Source: a virus
Lineage: Duplodnaviria; Heunggongvirae; Uroviricota; Caudoviricetes
Strand: one strand, 5' to 3'
Virus record (IMG/VR): IMGVR_UViG_2554235187_000005
DNA: 9,422 bases
In this document: piece after piece, positions 1 through 7,172 of the stretch
Layout: the number at the start of each line of letters is the position of its first letter
How positions within the stretch are numbered: the first letter of the stretch is position 1
Position numbers and translations under genes: made by a program
Notes under the pieces: generated by a model
Database searches by the model: none
Seen by the model: only the letters and a program-made list of their open reading frames with translations
Told to the model about the DNA's origin: nothing

Positions 1-209
1 GCCTCTATGCTGTGTGCGTTGAAAATGGAAATATTGTTAGCCATTACCGCATTGTGTGTTTGCAAAAAAATGGGGCTGCGTTAATTAATTTTGTGGATGC
101 CCGAGTGACGGACGGATTTATCTTGCACGACGGTGAGTTTGTCACTTCATTACAGGCATTGAAAGAGATCGGAATAAAAGCTGGCTTTTCTGCTTTTGCA
201 GAAGAATAA
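1..209 (+). CDS. Hypothetical protein, 3' fragment (reading frame open to the left window edge)
   Basis: ORF in the frame of 12..209 stays open back to position 3; no recognisable family; stop TAA at 207-209. Confidence 0.3.
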   Translation, partial: LYAVCVENGNIVSHYRIVCLQKNGAALINFVDARVTDGFILHDGEFVTSLQALKEIGIKAGFSAFAEE

Positions 210-275
210 ACTCATCTACAATCTTGCGCGGGGCTGAACTCCCGCTGAGTAACACCGTGCCACCGGAGAAAACCG

Positions 276-554
276 ATGGCACGCAACGCAAAATATTACA
301 ATCATGATAATTCGACCGTTCTTGCCCACACGCACGAGCGGTATTCTCATGCATTTAAGTCAGACTGGTACCAGCATCCCCCATGCACTGAAGAACAGGC
401 CGAGTGGCTAATTCAGTGCTACCGCAGACACGGATACGAGATTAAGAAAGCCCTCAGCCTCGATTATCGTCACTGGATAATCTCCGTCAGGCTCCCTTAC
501 TCCGAACGGCCACCGCGTCCGTCCCGCACATTCCAGCAACGCATCTGGAGGTAA
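276..554 (+). CDS. Hypothetical small phage protein (92 aa)
   Basis: ATG at 276 preceded by GGAG at 265-268; its stop (552-554) abuts the GTG start of the next gene, suggesting translational coupling. Confidence 0.5.
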   Translation: MARNAKYYNHDNSTVLAHTHERYSHAFKSDWYQHPPCTEEQAEWLIQCYRRHGYEIKKALSLDYRHWIISVRLPYSERPPRPSRTFQQRIWR

Positions 555-555
555 C

Positions 556-1614
556 GTGCGGGTATTACTTCGACCTGTTCTGGTACCGGAACTTGGGCTG
601 GTGGTGCTAAAACCGGGCCGTGAATCCATGCCGGTATTCCACAATACCCGGGTACTGGTGGAGCCGGAACCGAAAAGCATGCGTAATCTGTCGTCCGGGG
701 TCGTTCCTGCCGTTCGCCAGCCGCTGGCGGAGGATAAATCATTACTGCCATTTTTCAGCGACGAACGAGTGATTCGTGCTGCTGGTGGCGCTGGCGCATT
801 GTCTGACTGGTTACTGCGCCATGTTAAATCCTGCCAGTGGCCACACGGCGATTATCACCACAGTGAAACCGTCATTCACCGTTATGGTACCGGCGCAATG
901 GTGTTGTGCTGGCACTGCGACAACCAGCTGCGCGACCAGACCTCCGAATCACTCGGGCAACTTGCTCACCAAAACCTGTCTGCATGGATGATTGACGTCA
1001 TACGCCATGCAATGAATGGCTCGCAGGAACGGGAATTATCGCTGGCTGAATTATCCTGGTGGGCGGTCCGCAATCAGGTGGCGGACGCGCTACCGGAAGC
1101 GGTATTACGTCGTTCGCTGGGGTTGCGTGCGGAAAAAATCCGCTCAATGTACCGTGAAAGCGACATCGTACCGGGAGAGCAGACCGCCACCAGCATACTG
1201 AAACAGCGCACAAAAAATCTTGCGCCGCTGCCTCACGCCCACCAGCAACAGAACCCACCACAGGAAAAGACGGTGGTCAGCATTGCCGTTGATCCGGAAT
1301 CTCCGGCTCAGTATCTCCAGCGCCAGAAACCACAACGGGAAGAGATGCCTGTATACACGCGCTGGGTAAAAACGCAGAAATGCATGACGTGTGGCAATCA
1401 GGCAGATGATCCGCATCACATCATTGGTCATGGACTGGGAGGGATGGGAACAAAGGCTGACGATTTGTTTGTTATTCCGCTGTGTCGTAAATGCCATAAC
1501 GAACTACACGCCGGGGTAAAAGATTTTGAAGAAAAACACGGTAGTCAGTTGTTGTTGCTGATTCGTTTTTTAATGCACGCGAGAAATTCGGGTGTTCTGA
1601 AGTGGAAAGCATAA
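556..1614 (+). CDS. DUF968-like prophage protein with C-terminal HNH-like zinc-finger motif (YdfU-like)
   Basis: 352-aa ORF with GTG start after GGAGG (546-550); C-terminal motif C-x2-C...HH...C-x2-C-H-x3-H (CMTCGNQADDPHHIIGHG...CRKCHNELH); sits directly upstream of rusA as in Qin/Rac-type prophages (recalled). Confidence 0.6.
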   Translation: MRVLLRPVLVPELGLVVLKPGRESMPVFHNTRVLVEPEPKSMRNLSSGVVPAVRQPLAEDKSLLPFFSDERVIRAAGGAGALSDWLLRHVKSCQWPHGDYHHSETVIHRYGTGAMVLCWHCDNQLRDQTSESLGQLAHQNLSAWMIDVIRHAMNGSQERELSLAELSWWAVRNQVADALPEAVLRRSLGLRAEKIRSMYRESDIVPGEQTATSILKQRTKNLAPLPHAHQQQNPPQEKTVVSIAVDPESPAQYLQRQKPQREEMPVYTRWVKTQKCMTCGNQADDPHHIIGHGLGGMGTKADDLFVIPLCRKCHNELHAGVKDFEEKHGSQLLLLIRFLMHARNSGVLKWKA

Positions 1615-1983
1615 ATGACCGAACGCATAGAATTTGTTTTGCCTTACTCGCCGACGGTGAACACTTACTGGCGACGCCGTGGCAGCACATATTTTGTATC
1701 AAAAGCCGGGGAGCGTTATCGCCGGGCAGTGGCGCTTATTGTTCGCCAGCAGCGACTGAAATTAAGCCTGTCCGGACGGCTGGCAATAAAAATTATTGCA
1801 GAGCCACCGGATAAGCGTCGTCGTGACCTGGACAATATTCTGAAAGCACCACTGGATGCGCTGACGCACGCGGGGTTGTTAATGGACGATGAGCAGTTTG
1901 ATGAAATCAATATTGTACGTGGCCAGCCAGTATCTGGTGGACGGCTGGAGATAAGAATTACAGAGGTGGGTGTGCATGAATAA
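1615..1983 (+). CDS. rusA: Holliday junction resolvase RusA
   Basis: 122-aa product with RusA family hallmarks (NTYWRRRG, DKRRRDLDNILKAPLDALTHAGLLMDDEQ, GGRLEIRITE); start ATG immediately follows upstream stop. Confidence 0.85.
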   Translation: MTERIEFVLPYSPTVNTYWRRRGSTYFVSKAGERYRRAVALIVRQQRLKLSLSGRLAIKIIAEPPDKRRRDLDNILKAPLDALTHAGLLMDDEQFDEINIVRGQPVSGGRLEIRITEVGVHE

Positions 1984-2665
1984 CCAGTATTTACAGTTTG
2001 TTCGTGAGCAACTCATGATTGCCACTGCAGATCTCAGTGGGTCGACAAAATGCCAGCTGGAAGCCTGGCAGGAAAATGCCCTGTTCGATACAGGGCGTTA
2101 CAGACGCAAAAAAATTCGTTACCGCGATGAGGTAACCGGAAAAATGATCACGCGGGATAATCCCCCGATCCAGGGTAAACAATCACTGGCGAAAGGCTCA
2201 TCAATTGCGCTGGTCAGTCCTGTTGAGTTTGCAACATCATCGTGGCGGCGTGCTGTTCTGGAACTGGAAGAACATCAGAAGGCGTGGTTGTTGTGGTGTT
2301 ATGGCGGAAACATTTGCTGGGAGCATCAGATCGCGATAACGCAGTGGGGGTGGAGTGAATTTAAAACTCAGTCCGGCTCCAGAAAAATTGCAGTGAAAAC
2401 GCTGGAGCGTGTGAAGAAGTTGATCTGGCTGGCGGCACAGGATGTCAGAGGATGGGTTACCGGGTGTGAGGTCTACCAGAGACAGGAGCTTGCCAGACTG
2501 TGTGGAGTTAAGCCTGATAACTGGAGCCATAATTATGCGAACTACTGGCGTGAGATGTGCGATATTTTTAAGCGCCTCGATAGAGAATCCTTGATTTGCT
2601 CCGTGAAAATAAGAGCGCAACAAAAAGCGACCTTTTCACGACGAGATATTGCAAAAGTCAATTAA
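1976..2665 (+). CDS. Late-gene antitermination protein Q-like (QuuQ-type size class)
   Basis: 229-aa ORF overlapping the rusA stop (ATG 1976; alternative GTG 1970); position between rusA and a strong intrinsic terminator upstream of the lysis genes is the canonical Q position; family assignment by recall only. Confidence 0.55.
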   Translation: MNNQYLQFVREQLMIATADLSGSTKCQLEAWQENALFDTGRYRRKKIRYRDEVTGKMITRDNPPIQGKQSLAKGSSIALVSPVEFATSSWRRAVLELEEHQKAWLLWCYGGNICWEHQIAITQWGWSEFKTQSGSRKIAVKTLERVKKLIWLAAQDVRGWVTGCEVYQRQELARLCGVKPDNWSHNYANYWREMCDIFKRLDRESLICSVKIRAQQKATFSRRDIAKVN

Positions 2666-2700
2666 ATCGCGTATGTTTCGTATAAATCTGATATTTTGCC
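2657..2700 (+). promoter_or_regulatory. Putative late promoter pR' / qut region
   Basis: Candidate -35 GTCAAT (2657-2662) and -10 TATAAA (2681-2686) with ~18-bp spacer, directly after Q and ~40 bp before the tR'-like terminator; hexamers are weak, position is the main argument. Confidence 0.3.
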
Positions 2701-2726
2701 GATTTTGTACGTGATGGCAAAGTAAG

Positions 2727-2754
2727 AAAAAACCACCGCCAGGTGGTTTTTTTT
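2727..2754 (+). terminator. Intrinsic terminator (tR'-like)
   Basis: Stem CCACC(2733-2737)/GGTGG(2742-2746), loop GCCA, flanked by an A-tract and followed by 8 T's (2747-2754). Confidence 0.65.
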
Positions 2755-2877
2755 ATGTCCGAAAATCGCGTCAGTACAGTAAACGCGCTGGTGGTTGCGA
2801 ATACGGGTCTTTCAGCTTGCCGGCTTTTTCGACAAGAGTTATTGGTATGTCACGTTAACCGGAAAAGGGAAAAAGAC

Positions 2878-3075
2878 ATGCTAAAACAGCAGGATATGAC
2901 AGAAGCCGCCAGAGTGGTGTTTAATGAATTAAGCGTTACCGACCCGGCGACAGTCAGGGAGATTGCACAGAATACTTACCTTTCACGCGAACGCTGCCAG
3001 TTAATACTGACCCAGCTTGTTATGGCGGGTCTGGCAGACTATCAGTTTGGTTGTTACAGACACCTTCAGTCCTGA
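2878..3075 (+). CDS. Hypothetical small protein (65 aa), possible HTH-like
   Basis: ATG 2878 preceded by AAGGGA; the longer in-frame GTG 2743/ATG 2755 starts lie inside the terminator T-tract with no SD; flanked by terminators on both sides. Confidence 0.4.
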   Translation: MLKQQDMTEAARVVFNELSVTDPATVREIAQNTYLSRERCQLILTQLVMAGLADYQFGCYRHLQS

Positions 3076-3089
3076 AGGCTTTTTTATTT
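3063..3089 (+). terminator. Intrinsic terminator
   Basis: Hairpin CCTTCAG/CTGAAGG (3063-3078) overlapping the stop codon, followed by CTTTTTTATTT. Confidence 0.5.
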
Positions 3090-3388
3090 GTGGTAAATGG
3101 GCGGCTGGTGGGTGTGGTGGTTGTTGCTTTCCCGTTGCTGAAAAAGAAAACGCCAGACTGTTAGCCGGGTATCAGTTAGCGGGAGAAATTTTTAAATACT
3201 TCACAATTCAGGCGGTTGACTGTTGTCTGGTTTGCGGGGAGTTTGTTAAAAGAAACTGGCATGGTGAATCCCCCTGTGCGGAGGGGCAATCAGCGAGTAG
3301 GTATATGGGATAATCGCGGATTCAGGTGCTGGTACTGAATTCACCGGGAGGCACCCGGCACCATGCAATGGCACATAGCGCCACTCTC

Positions 3389-3424
3389 CAGCCCCTCTCC
3401 GGAGGGGCTGTTTATATTGATTTT
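3389..3424. terminator. Strong GC-rich hairpin terminator (+ strand; also closes the convergent minus-strand ORF)
   Basis: 9-bp stem CAGCCCCTC/GAGGGGCTG with loop TCCG (3389-3410) followed by TTTATATTGATTTT. Confidence 0.6.
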
Positions 3425-3444
3425 GTCAGATGTGAGTAAACTCC

Positions 3445-3780
3445 TTATGGACTTTGTTGTTTTAGCCCATAAGGACATATTTGCAGAGTGCAACGGTTAT
3501 TAAAGCATTCATTCAATACGTTATCTGTATTTGTAGGGCATTCCTGGCTGTTTTTGATTAAATTCCAGAATGTTTTATTGAATGGTACTACGTTGTAAAT
3601 GGTTACAGGTAGCACTTTGTTATTGAGCATGATACCTGTGTGAGTCAGTGTAAATATACTTTCAGGAGGTAAGAAAGCATCCGATTGATACCAGATTATT
3701 AATTTTATTTTACTCCATATGACTGAAAAAGATATTCCGCATGATGGCTGGATAACTGTATCAATCACAATCCACTTCAT
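3445..3780 (-). CDS. Hypothetical protein (111 aa), Cys-containing, encoded on an AT-rich island
   Basis: Minus-strand ORF with SD AAGGAAA ~6 nt upstream of ATG (rc of 3781-3795); opposite orientation to the late operon; terminator hairpin just downstream of its stop. Confidence 0.5.
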   Translation of the reverse strand: MKWIVIDTVIQPSCGISFSVIWSKIKLIIWYQSDAFLPPESIFTLTHTGIMLNNKVLPVTIYNVVPFNKTFWNLIKNSQECPTNTDNVLNECFNNRCTLQICPYGLKQQSP

Positions 3781-3820
3781 TTAGTTTCCTTGTTTATGCC
3801 TTGCTGGTGATGTTCTGAAA

Positions 3821-3846
3821 AGTATAAATGATATTTTTGATTGTAA
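3821..3846 (-). promoter_or_regulatory. Putative sigma70-like promoter for the minus-strand moron gene
   Basis: On the minus strand, TTACAA (rc of 3841-3846) and TATACT (rc of 3821-3826) in an AT-rich tract upstream of the 3445..3780 ORF; spacing is short (~14 nt), so weak. Confidence 0.2.
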
Positions 3847-4040
3847 ACCATAGAGCAGAATTATTTTTCTGATGTTGTTTATTGTTTATTTAAATGCAGG
3901 GTGGTTTATATCTCGTCTTGTAGTTTATCCATGCATATCTGCTTGATGATGAGGTTTTTATTTAAGGTATGGTTTTGTGTTTTTTCTGTATTACATGTCA
4001 GGTATTTTAAAGAATCATTTTTCAGATGGTGGAAAGAACC

Positions 4041-4229
4041 ATGGCATTTAAACACTATGATGTTGTCAGGGCGGCGTCGCCGTCAGATCTTGCGGAAAAG
4101 CTGACACATAAACTGAAAGAGGGCTGGCAGCCGTTTGGTAGTCCGGTGGCCATAACCCCTTATACCCTGATGCAGGCGATTGCAGCAGAAGGTGATGTGG
4201 TGGTCAGTGGTGCAACTGAGCCGGAGTGA
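4041..4229 (+). CDS. Small conserved prophage protein found upstream of holins (DUF1737-like)
   Basis: ATG 4041 preceded by GGTGGAAAGA; 62-aa product MAFKHYDVVRAASPSDLAEKL...; family assignment by recall. Confidence 0.5.
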   Translation: MAFKHYDVVRAASPSDLAEKLTHKLKEGWQPFGSPVAITPYTLMQAIAAEGDVVVSGATEPE

Positions 4230-4536
4230 TACTACGTCATCGTACTGGCCCGGCATTCCAGGCCATAAAAGACGGTCTGGCAGTGGGACTAAATGCACTG
4301 ACGCTGACGGATATTACCAAAAATGCAACGTATGGCGTTGAGATAGAAAGTCTGGTGCTGGAGATAAATGCACCGGCATCATCATAAAAAGTGAGCCAGT
4401 CAAATGGAAGGTATCGTTAAACTCACCGGTAGTGTCAGTGGGTCGTCTGAGACGCCTGCATGAGTTATCAGAGCCATCAGTACTTAACTGGTGGCTTTTT
4501 TATTGTTGTCAGCTTCCGGATAACGGGAGACGGGGT

Positions 4537-4752
4537 ATGTACCAGATGGAAAAAATCACAACAGGTGTGTCATACACCACGTCAGCGGTGGGAACGGGCT
4601 ACTGGTTCCTGCAGTTGCTGGACAGGGTTTCCCCGTCTCAGTGGGCGGCAATAGGCGTGCTGGGGAGTCTGCTGTTTGGGCTGCTGACATATCTGACTAA
4701 CCTGTATTTCAAAATCAAAGAGGACCGGCGTAAGGCGGCGCGGGGAGAGTAA
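4537..4752 (+). CDS. S: Phage-21-type pinholin (class II holin) with dual-start motif
   Basis: 71-aa product [71 protein letters not shown] closely matches recalled S21 pinholin; Met1 and Met4 starts. Confidence 0.85.
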   Translation: MYQMEKITTGVSYTTSAVGTGYWFLQLLDRVSPSQWAAIGVLGSLLFGLLTYLTNLYFKIKEDRRKAARGE

Positions 4753-4756
4753 AGTG

Positions 4757-5647
4757 ATGAATAAAAAATATGAACTGGTTGTTAAGGGGATAAATAATTA
4801 CGGGGATAAGGTTACTGTTACTGTGAAGTCGGAAGGTGACGGGCAAGCGTCGCTGTTGTTGCCAGATGTGGCGATTAGTCTTGACCGTACTGAAGGTGCC
4901 ACGCTGGAGTTTTACGAAGCTGAGGCGAAAAAGCAGGCGAAGCAGTTTTTCATGGATGTTGCTGCCGGGTTATGTGAATGGAACGAACCGTTGCCGGAAA
5001 AGCGCCCCGTAATTTTAGAGGCGCAGGATGTGTTGATAACCTACAAAGGAAAGCTACCGGGAAGAATTACTTGTTCTCTGAAGATGCCGCCGTCAACACT
5101 GCGGTCAGAAAAAGATGATGTTGAATCACGTATTGAAAAACTGGAGAGCTACGTCGTTGAGCTGAATAAGAAATGGTCGATATTGGTGCCTTCTGGCGAT
5201 GAAAAGCAGTTTGCTGCGTTTGACGATTATTGTCGGAAAGTGATGAGCAGAAATCTCGCAGAGTGTTTCAGTATTCATAATGATAATTTCAGTGACCCGG
5301 AATGGGAGTGTAACCGGCCATCCTTTGTTGTATCCGGTGATGCTGGGAAAATAACCATCTCAGAAAATGGGAAAGTAACACCTCCATCGCACCAGCACAG
5401 TGAGGAGCTCATTGAATTTGCCATTGATTACCTGAAGAACAATAAAAAGCAGGGGCTGATGAAGCGCGTTGGCCGTTGCATGGGATATCTTCAGGTAGCC
5501 GCTGAGATTGAAGCGCTGGCCAGTGGTGCTGATAAGGATGCAATTGTGCGGGAGGCTCTTCTTCGTGATTTTAATACTCCACCCTTTAAAAAAGTGCCGG
5601 CTTACTGGCTTCATCCGGGGCTGACTTATCTTAAAGTGCGTATTTAG
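4757..5647 (+). CDS. Unknown-function protein (~296 aa) inserted between holin and endolysin
   Basis: ATG 4757 (GTG 4754) starts 2-5 nt after the holin stop with GGAGAG SD; long clean ORF, no TM segments, predicted coiled-coil-like stretch (DDVESRIEKLESYVVELNKKW); no family recognised. Confidence 0.7.
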   Translation: MNKKYELVVKGINNYGDKVTVTVKSEGDGQASLLLPDVAISLDRTEGATLEFYEAEAKKQAKQFFMDVAAGLCEWNEPLPEKRPVILEAQDVLITYKGKLPGRITCSLKMPPSTLRSEKDDVESRIEKLESYVVELNKKWSILVPSGDEKQFAAFDDYCRKVMSRNLAECFSIHNDNFSDPEWECNRPSFVVSGDAGKITISENGKVTPPSHQHSEELIEFAIDYLKNNKKQGLMKRVGRCMGYLQVAAEIEALASGADKDAIVREALLRDFNTPPFKKVPAYWLHPGLTYLKVRI

Positions 5648-5683
5648 TGGGCCAGGGACAGCGGCTGAATATTTAATATATCC

Positions 5684-6217
5684 ATGAACACCAAAATCAA
5701 ATACGGCCTGTCGGCTGCCGTTCTGGCGCTGATTGCCGCTGGTGCGCCTGCGCCTGACATTCTCGACCAGTTTCTGGATGAAAAGGAAGGCAACCACACC
5801 ACGGCATACCGTGATGGTGCAGGTATCTGGACCATCTGCCGTGGTGCCATCATGGTGGATGGCAAACCTGTCGTTCCGGGCATGAAGTTGTCGAAGGAAA
5901 AATGCGACCAGGTTAACGCCATTGAGCGTGATAAAGCGCTGGCGTGGGTGGAGAAAAACATCAGAGTGCCGCTGACCGAACCCCAGAAAGCGGGGATCGC
6001 GTCATTCTGTCCGTACAACATTGGTCCCGGTAAGTGTTTCCCGTCGACGTTTTACAGACGAATTAATGCTGGTGATCGAAAAGGTGCCTGCGAAGCGATT
6101 CGCTGGTGGATTAAGGACGGTGGCAGAGACTGCCGTATTCGTTCAAACAACTGTTACGGTCAGGTATCCCGTCGTGACCAGGAGAGCGCGCTGGCGTGCT
6201 GGGGTATCGACAGATAA
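5684..6217 (+). CDS. R: SAR endolysin (T4-lysozyme-like, R21-type)
   Basis: N-terminal Gly/Ala-rich weakly hydrophobic SAR segment (GLSAAVLALIAAGAPAP) followed by an E-x8-D-x5-T catalytic triad (EGNHTTAYRDGAGIWT). Confidence 0.85.
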   Translation: MNTKIKYGLSAAVLALIAAGAPAPDILDQFLDEKEGNHTTAYRDGAGIWTICRGAIMVDGKPVVPGMKLSKEKCDQVNAIERDKALAWVEKNIRVPLTEPQKAGIASFCPYNIGPGKCFPSTFYRRINAGDRKGACEAIRWWIKDGGRDCRIRSNNCYGQVSRRDQESALACWGIDR

Positions 6218-6305
6218 GCAGAATATTTTGCTGAAAAATGAGGAATGGCCACGCGGGCGGATAACACGAAATCCTGCGAACTGGCGAAACGTAAGTGAAT
6301 AAAAG

Positions 6306-6350
6306 TAAAAACCCCGTTTGTTGGCACCAAGCGAGGTTTTGTGTTTCTGA
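6306..6350 (+). terminator. Terminator-like structured element after the endolysin gene
   Basis: Imperfect stem AAAACCCCG/CGAGGTTTT enclosing a mini-hairpin TTGG-CA-CCAA, followed by a T-rich GTGTTTCTG; weak. Confidence 0.25.
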
Positions 6351-6373
6351 CCTTGAGTAAGGCAAGGGAGAAC

Positions 6374-6556
6374 ATGGCGAAGTGTAAACGAATTCTGTTG
6401 AGGTTGACTATGAAAAATGGCCTTGAACTGAAAGCGCCTGTAACTGATGACATCAGCAGAGCACTGGCTTTTGCCATTAAGTGGGTGGCGGTCGGTGTTG
6501 CTGTGTCCCCGATGCTGTATGGGCTGGCAAAACTGGTCATTGCGTTGAAATCGTGA
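6374..6556 (+). CDS. Small membrane protein (60 aa, C-terminal TM helix)
   Basis: ATG 6374 preceded by AAGGGAG; C-terminal hydrophobic segment [27 protein letters not shown]. Confidence 0.5.
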   Translation: MAKCKRILLRLTMKNGLELKAPVTDDISRALAFAIKWVAVGVAVSPMLYGLAKLVIALKS

Positions 6557-6570
6557 AGGGAGGATTAAGC

Positions 6571-6702
6571 ATGTCAGACAAACTCATAACGCTGGCGAAG
6601 ATCCTCTGTGTAATTGTCGGCATTTCATTTTCACTAATGCTGGTTGCTCTTTTTCTTTCCATGGCCTGGATGATGTTGTCTTCGTCGGGGTTGCTGGGGT
6701 GA
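6571..6702 (+). CDS. Small membrane protein (43 aa, single TM helix)
   Basis: ATG 6571 preceded by strong SD GAAGGGAGGA; hydrophobic core [26 protein letters not shown]; stop overlaps the Rz start. Confidence 0.45.
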   Translation: MSDKLITLAKILCVIVGISFSLMLVALFLSMAWMMLSSSGLLG

Positions 6703-7172
6703 ACATAAACCGAATGCTTTCCGCGTTTATCGTTATTCTGCTGGTGGCCTGTGGTGCGCTGTGGATGGCAACAGACCATTACCGTGATAACGCGATTACC
6801 TACAAAGCGCAGCGCGATAACAAAGCCAGTGAACTGAAGCTGGCGAACGCAACCATTACTGATATGCAGGTGCGCCAGCGCGATGTTGCTGCGCTCGATG
6901 CAAAATACTCGAGGGAATTAGCCGATGCGAGAGCTGAAAATGAAACTCTTCGCGCTGACGTTGCCGCTGGTCGTAAGCGCCTGCGGATCAACGCCACCTG
7001 TCCAGGCTCCGTGCGTGAAGCCCCCACCACCTCCGGCGTGGATAATGCAACCGGCCCCCAACTGGCAGACACCGTTACACGGGATTATTTCACCCTCAGA
7101 GAGCGGCTGATGACGATGCACAAGCAACTGGAAGGGGCACAGGACTATATCCGCACTCAGTGCCTGAAATAA
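6699..7172 (+). CDS. Rz: Rz i-spanin
   Basis: Near-identity to recalled lambda Rz over most of its length ([14 protein letters not shown]..., DYFTLRERL...); N-terminal TM; GTG start at 6699, alternative ATG at 6714. Confidence 0.9.
   Translation: MNINRMLSAFIVILLVACGALWMATDHYRDNAITYKAQRDNKASELKLANATITDMQVRQRDVAALDAKYSRELADARAENETLRADVAAGRKRLRINATCPGSVREAPTTSGVDNATGPQLADTVTRDYFTLRERLMTMHKQLEGAQDYIRTQCLK
6940..7110 (+). CDS. Rz1: Rz1 o-spanin lipoprotein embedded in Rz (+1 frame)
   Basis: [15 protein letters not shown] lipobox followed by proline-rich mature region (PPPPPAW); fully nested inside Rz as in lambda; alternative upstream ATG 6925. Confidence 0.8.
   Translation: MKLFALTLPLVVSACGSTPPVQAPCVKPPPPPAWIMQPAPNWQTPLHGIISPSESG

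Noticed and set aside
7-87. 26-aa hydrophobic peptide as a possible Hok-like type I toxin (hok is a neighbour in Qin-type prophages)
   Set aside because: Too short and lacks the conserved Hok C-terminal periplasmic motif; the alternative frame is not Hok-like either.
998-1497. Antisense ORFs 998..1261 and 1144..1497 inside the DUF968-like gene
   Set aside because: Fully nested antisense to a well-supported long ORF; no SD; typical shadow ORFs.
2237-2623. 128-aa antisense ORF inside the Q gene
   Set aside because: Shadow ORF opposite a gene with strong positional support.
2743-2877. Longer N-terminal extension (GTG 2743 / ATG 2755) of the 65-aa ORF
   Set aside because: These starts lie within the terminator hairpin and T-tract with no SD; ATG 2878 has a proper SD.
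3017-3313. 98-aa + strand ORF (Gly/Cys-rich, low complexity)
   Set aside because: Starts inside the upstream ORF, runs through a terminator, has no SD and a low-complexity translation.
3090-3400. tRNA genes (ileZ/argN/argO-like) expected downstream of Q by analogy with Stx phages
   Set aside because: No cloverleaf signatures found by eye (no GTTCRANYC T-loop or conserved D-loop motifs, no plausible acceptor stem); only generic GC hairpins. Needs tRNAscan-SE to exclude formally.
2666-4025. Shiga-toxin or other known toxin cargo between Q and the lysis genes
   Set aside because: No ORF of appropriate size or signal-peptide A/B-subunit arrangement; only a 65-aa ORF and one 111-aa opposite-strand ORF are present.
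3901-4104. 67-aa + strand ORF in the AT-rich tract
   Set aside because: AT-rich runs give chance ORFs; no SD; overlaps the better-supported DUF1737-like start region.
5260-5300. Possible Walker A (P-loop) motif in the unknown 296-aa protein (SGDAGKIT)
   Set aside because: Spacing is GxxGK, not GxxxxGK[ST]; not a P-loop.
5360-6021. Antisense ORFs 5360..5797 and 5644..6021 overlapping the unknown gene and the endolysin
   Set aside because: Nested opposite well-supported coding regions; no independent signals.
6021-6540. ORFs 6021..6302 (+), 6111..6365 (-) and 6160..6540 (-) around the endolysin 3' end
   Set aside because: Overlap the endolysin or the small membrane ORFs in alternative frames; no SDs; composition not protein-like.
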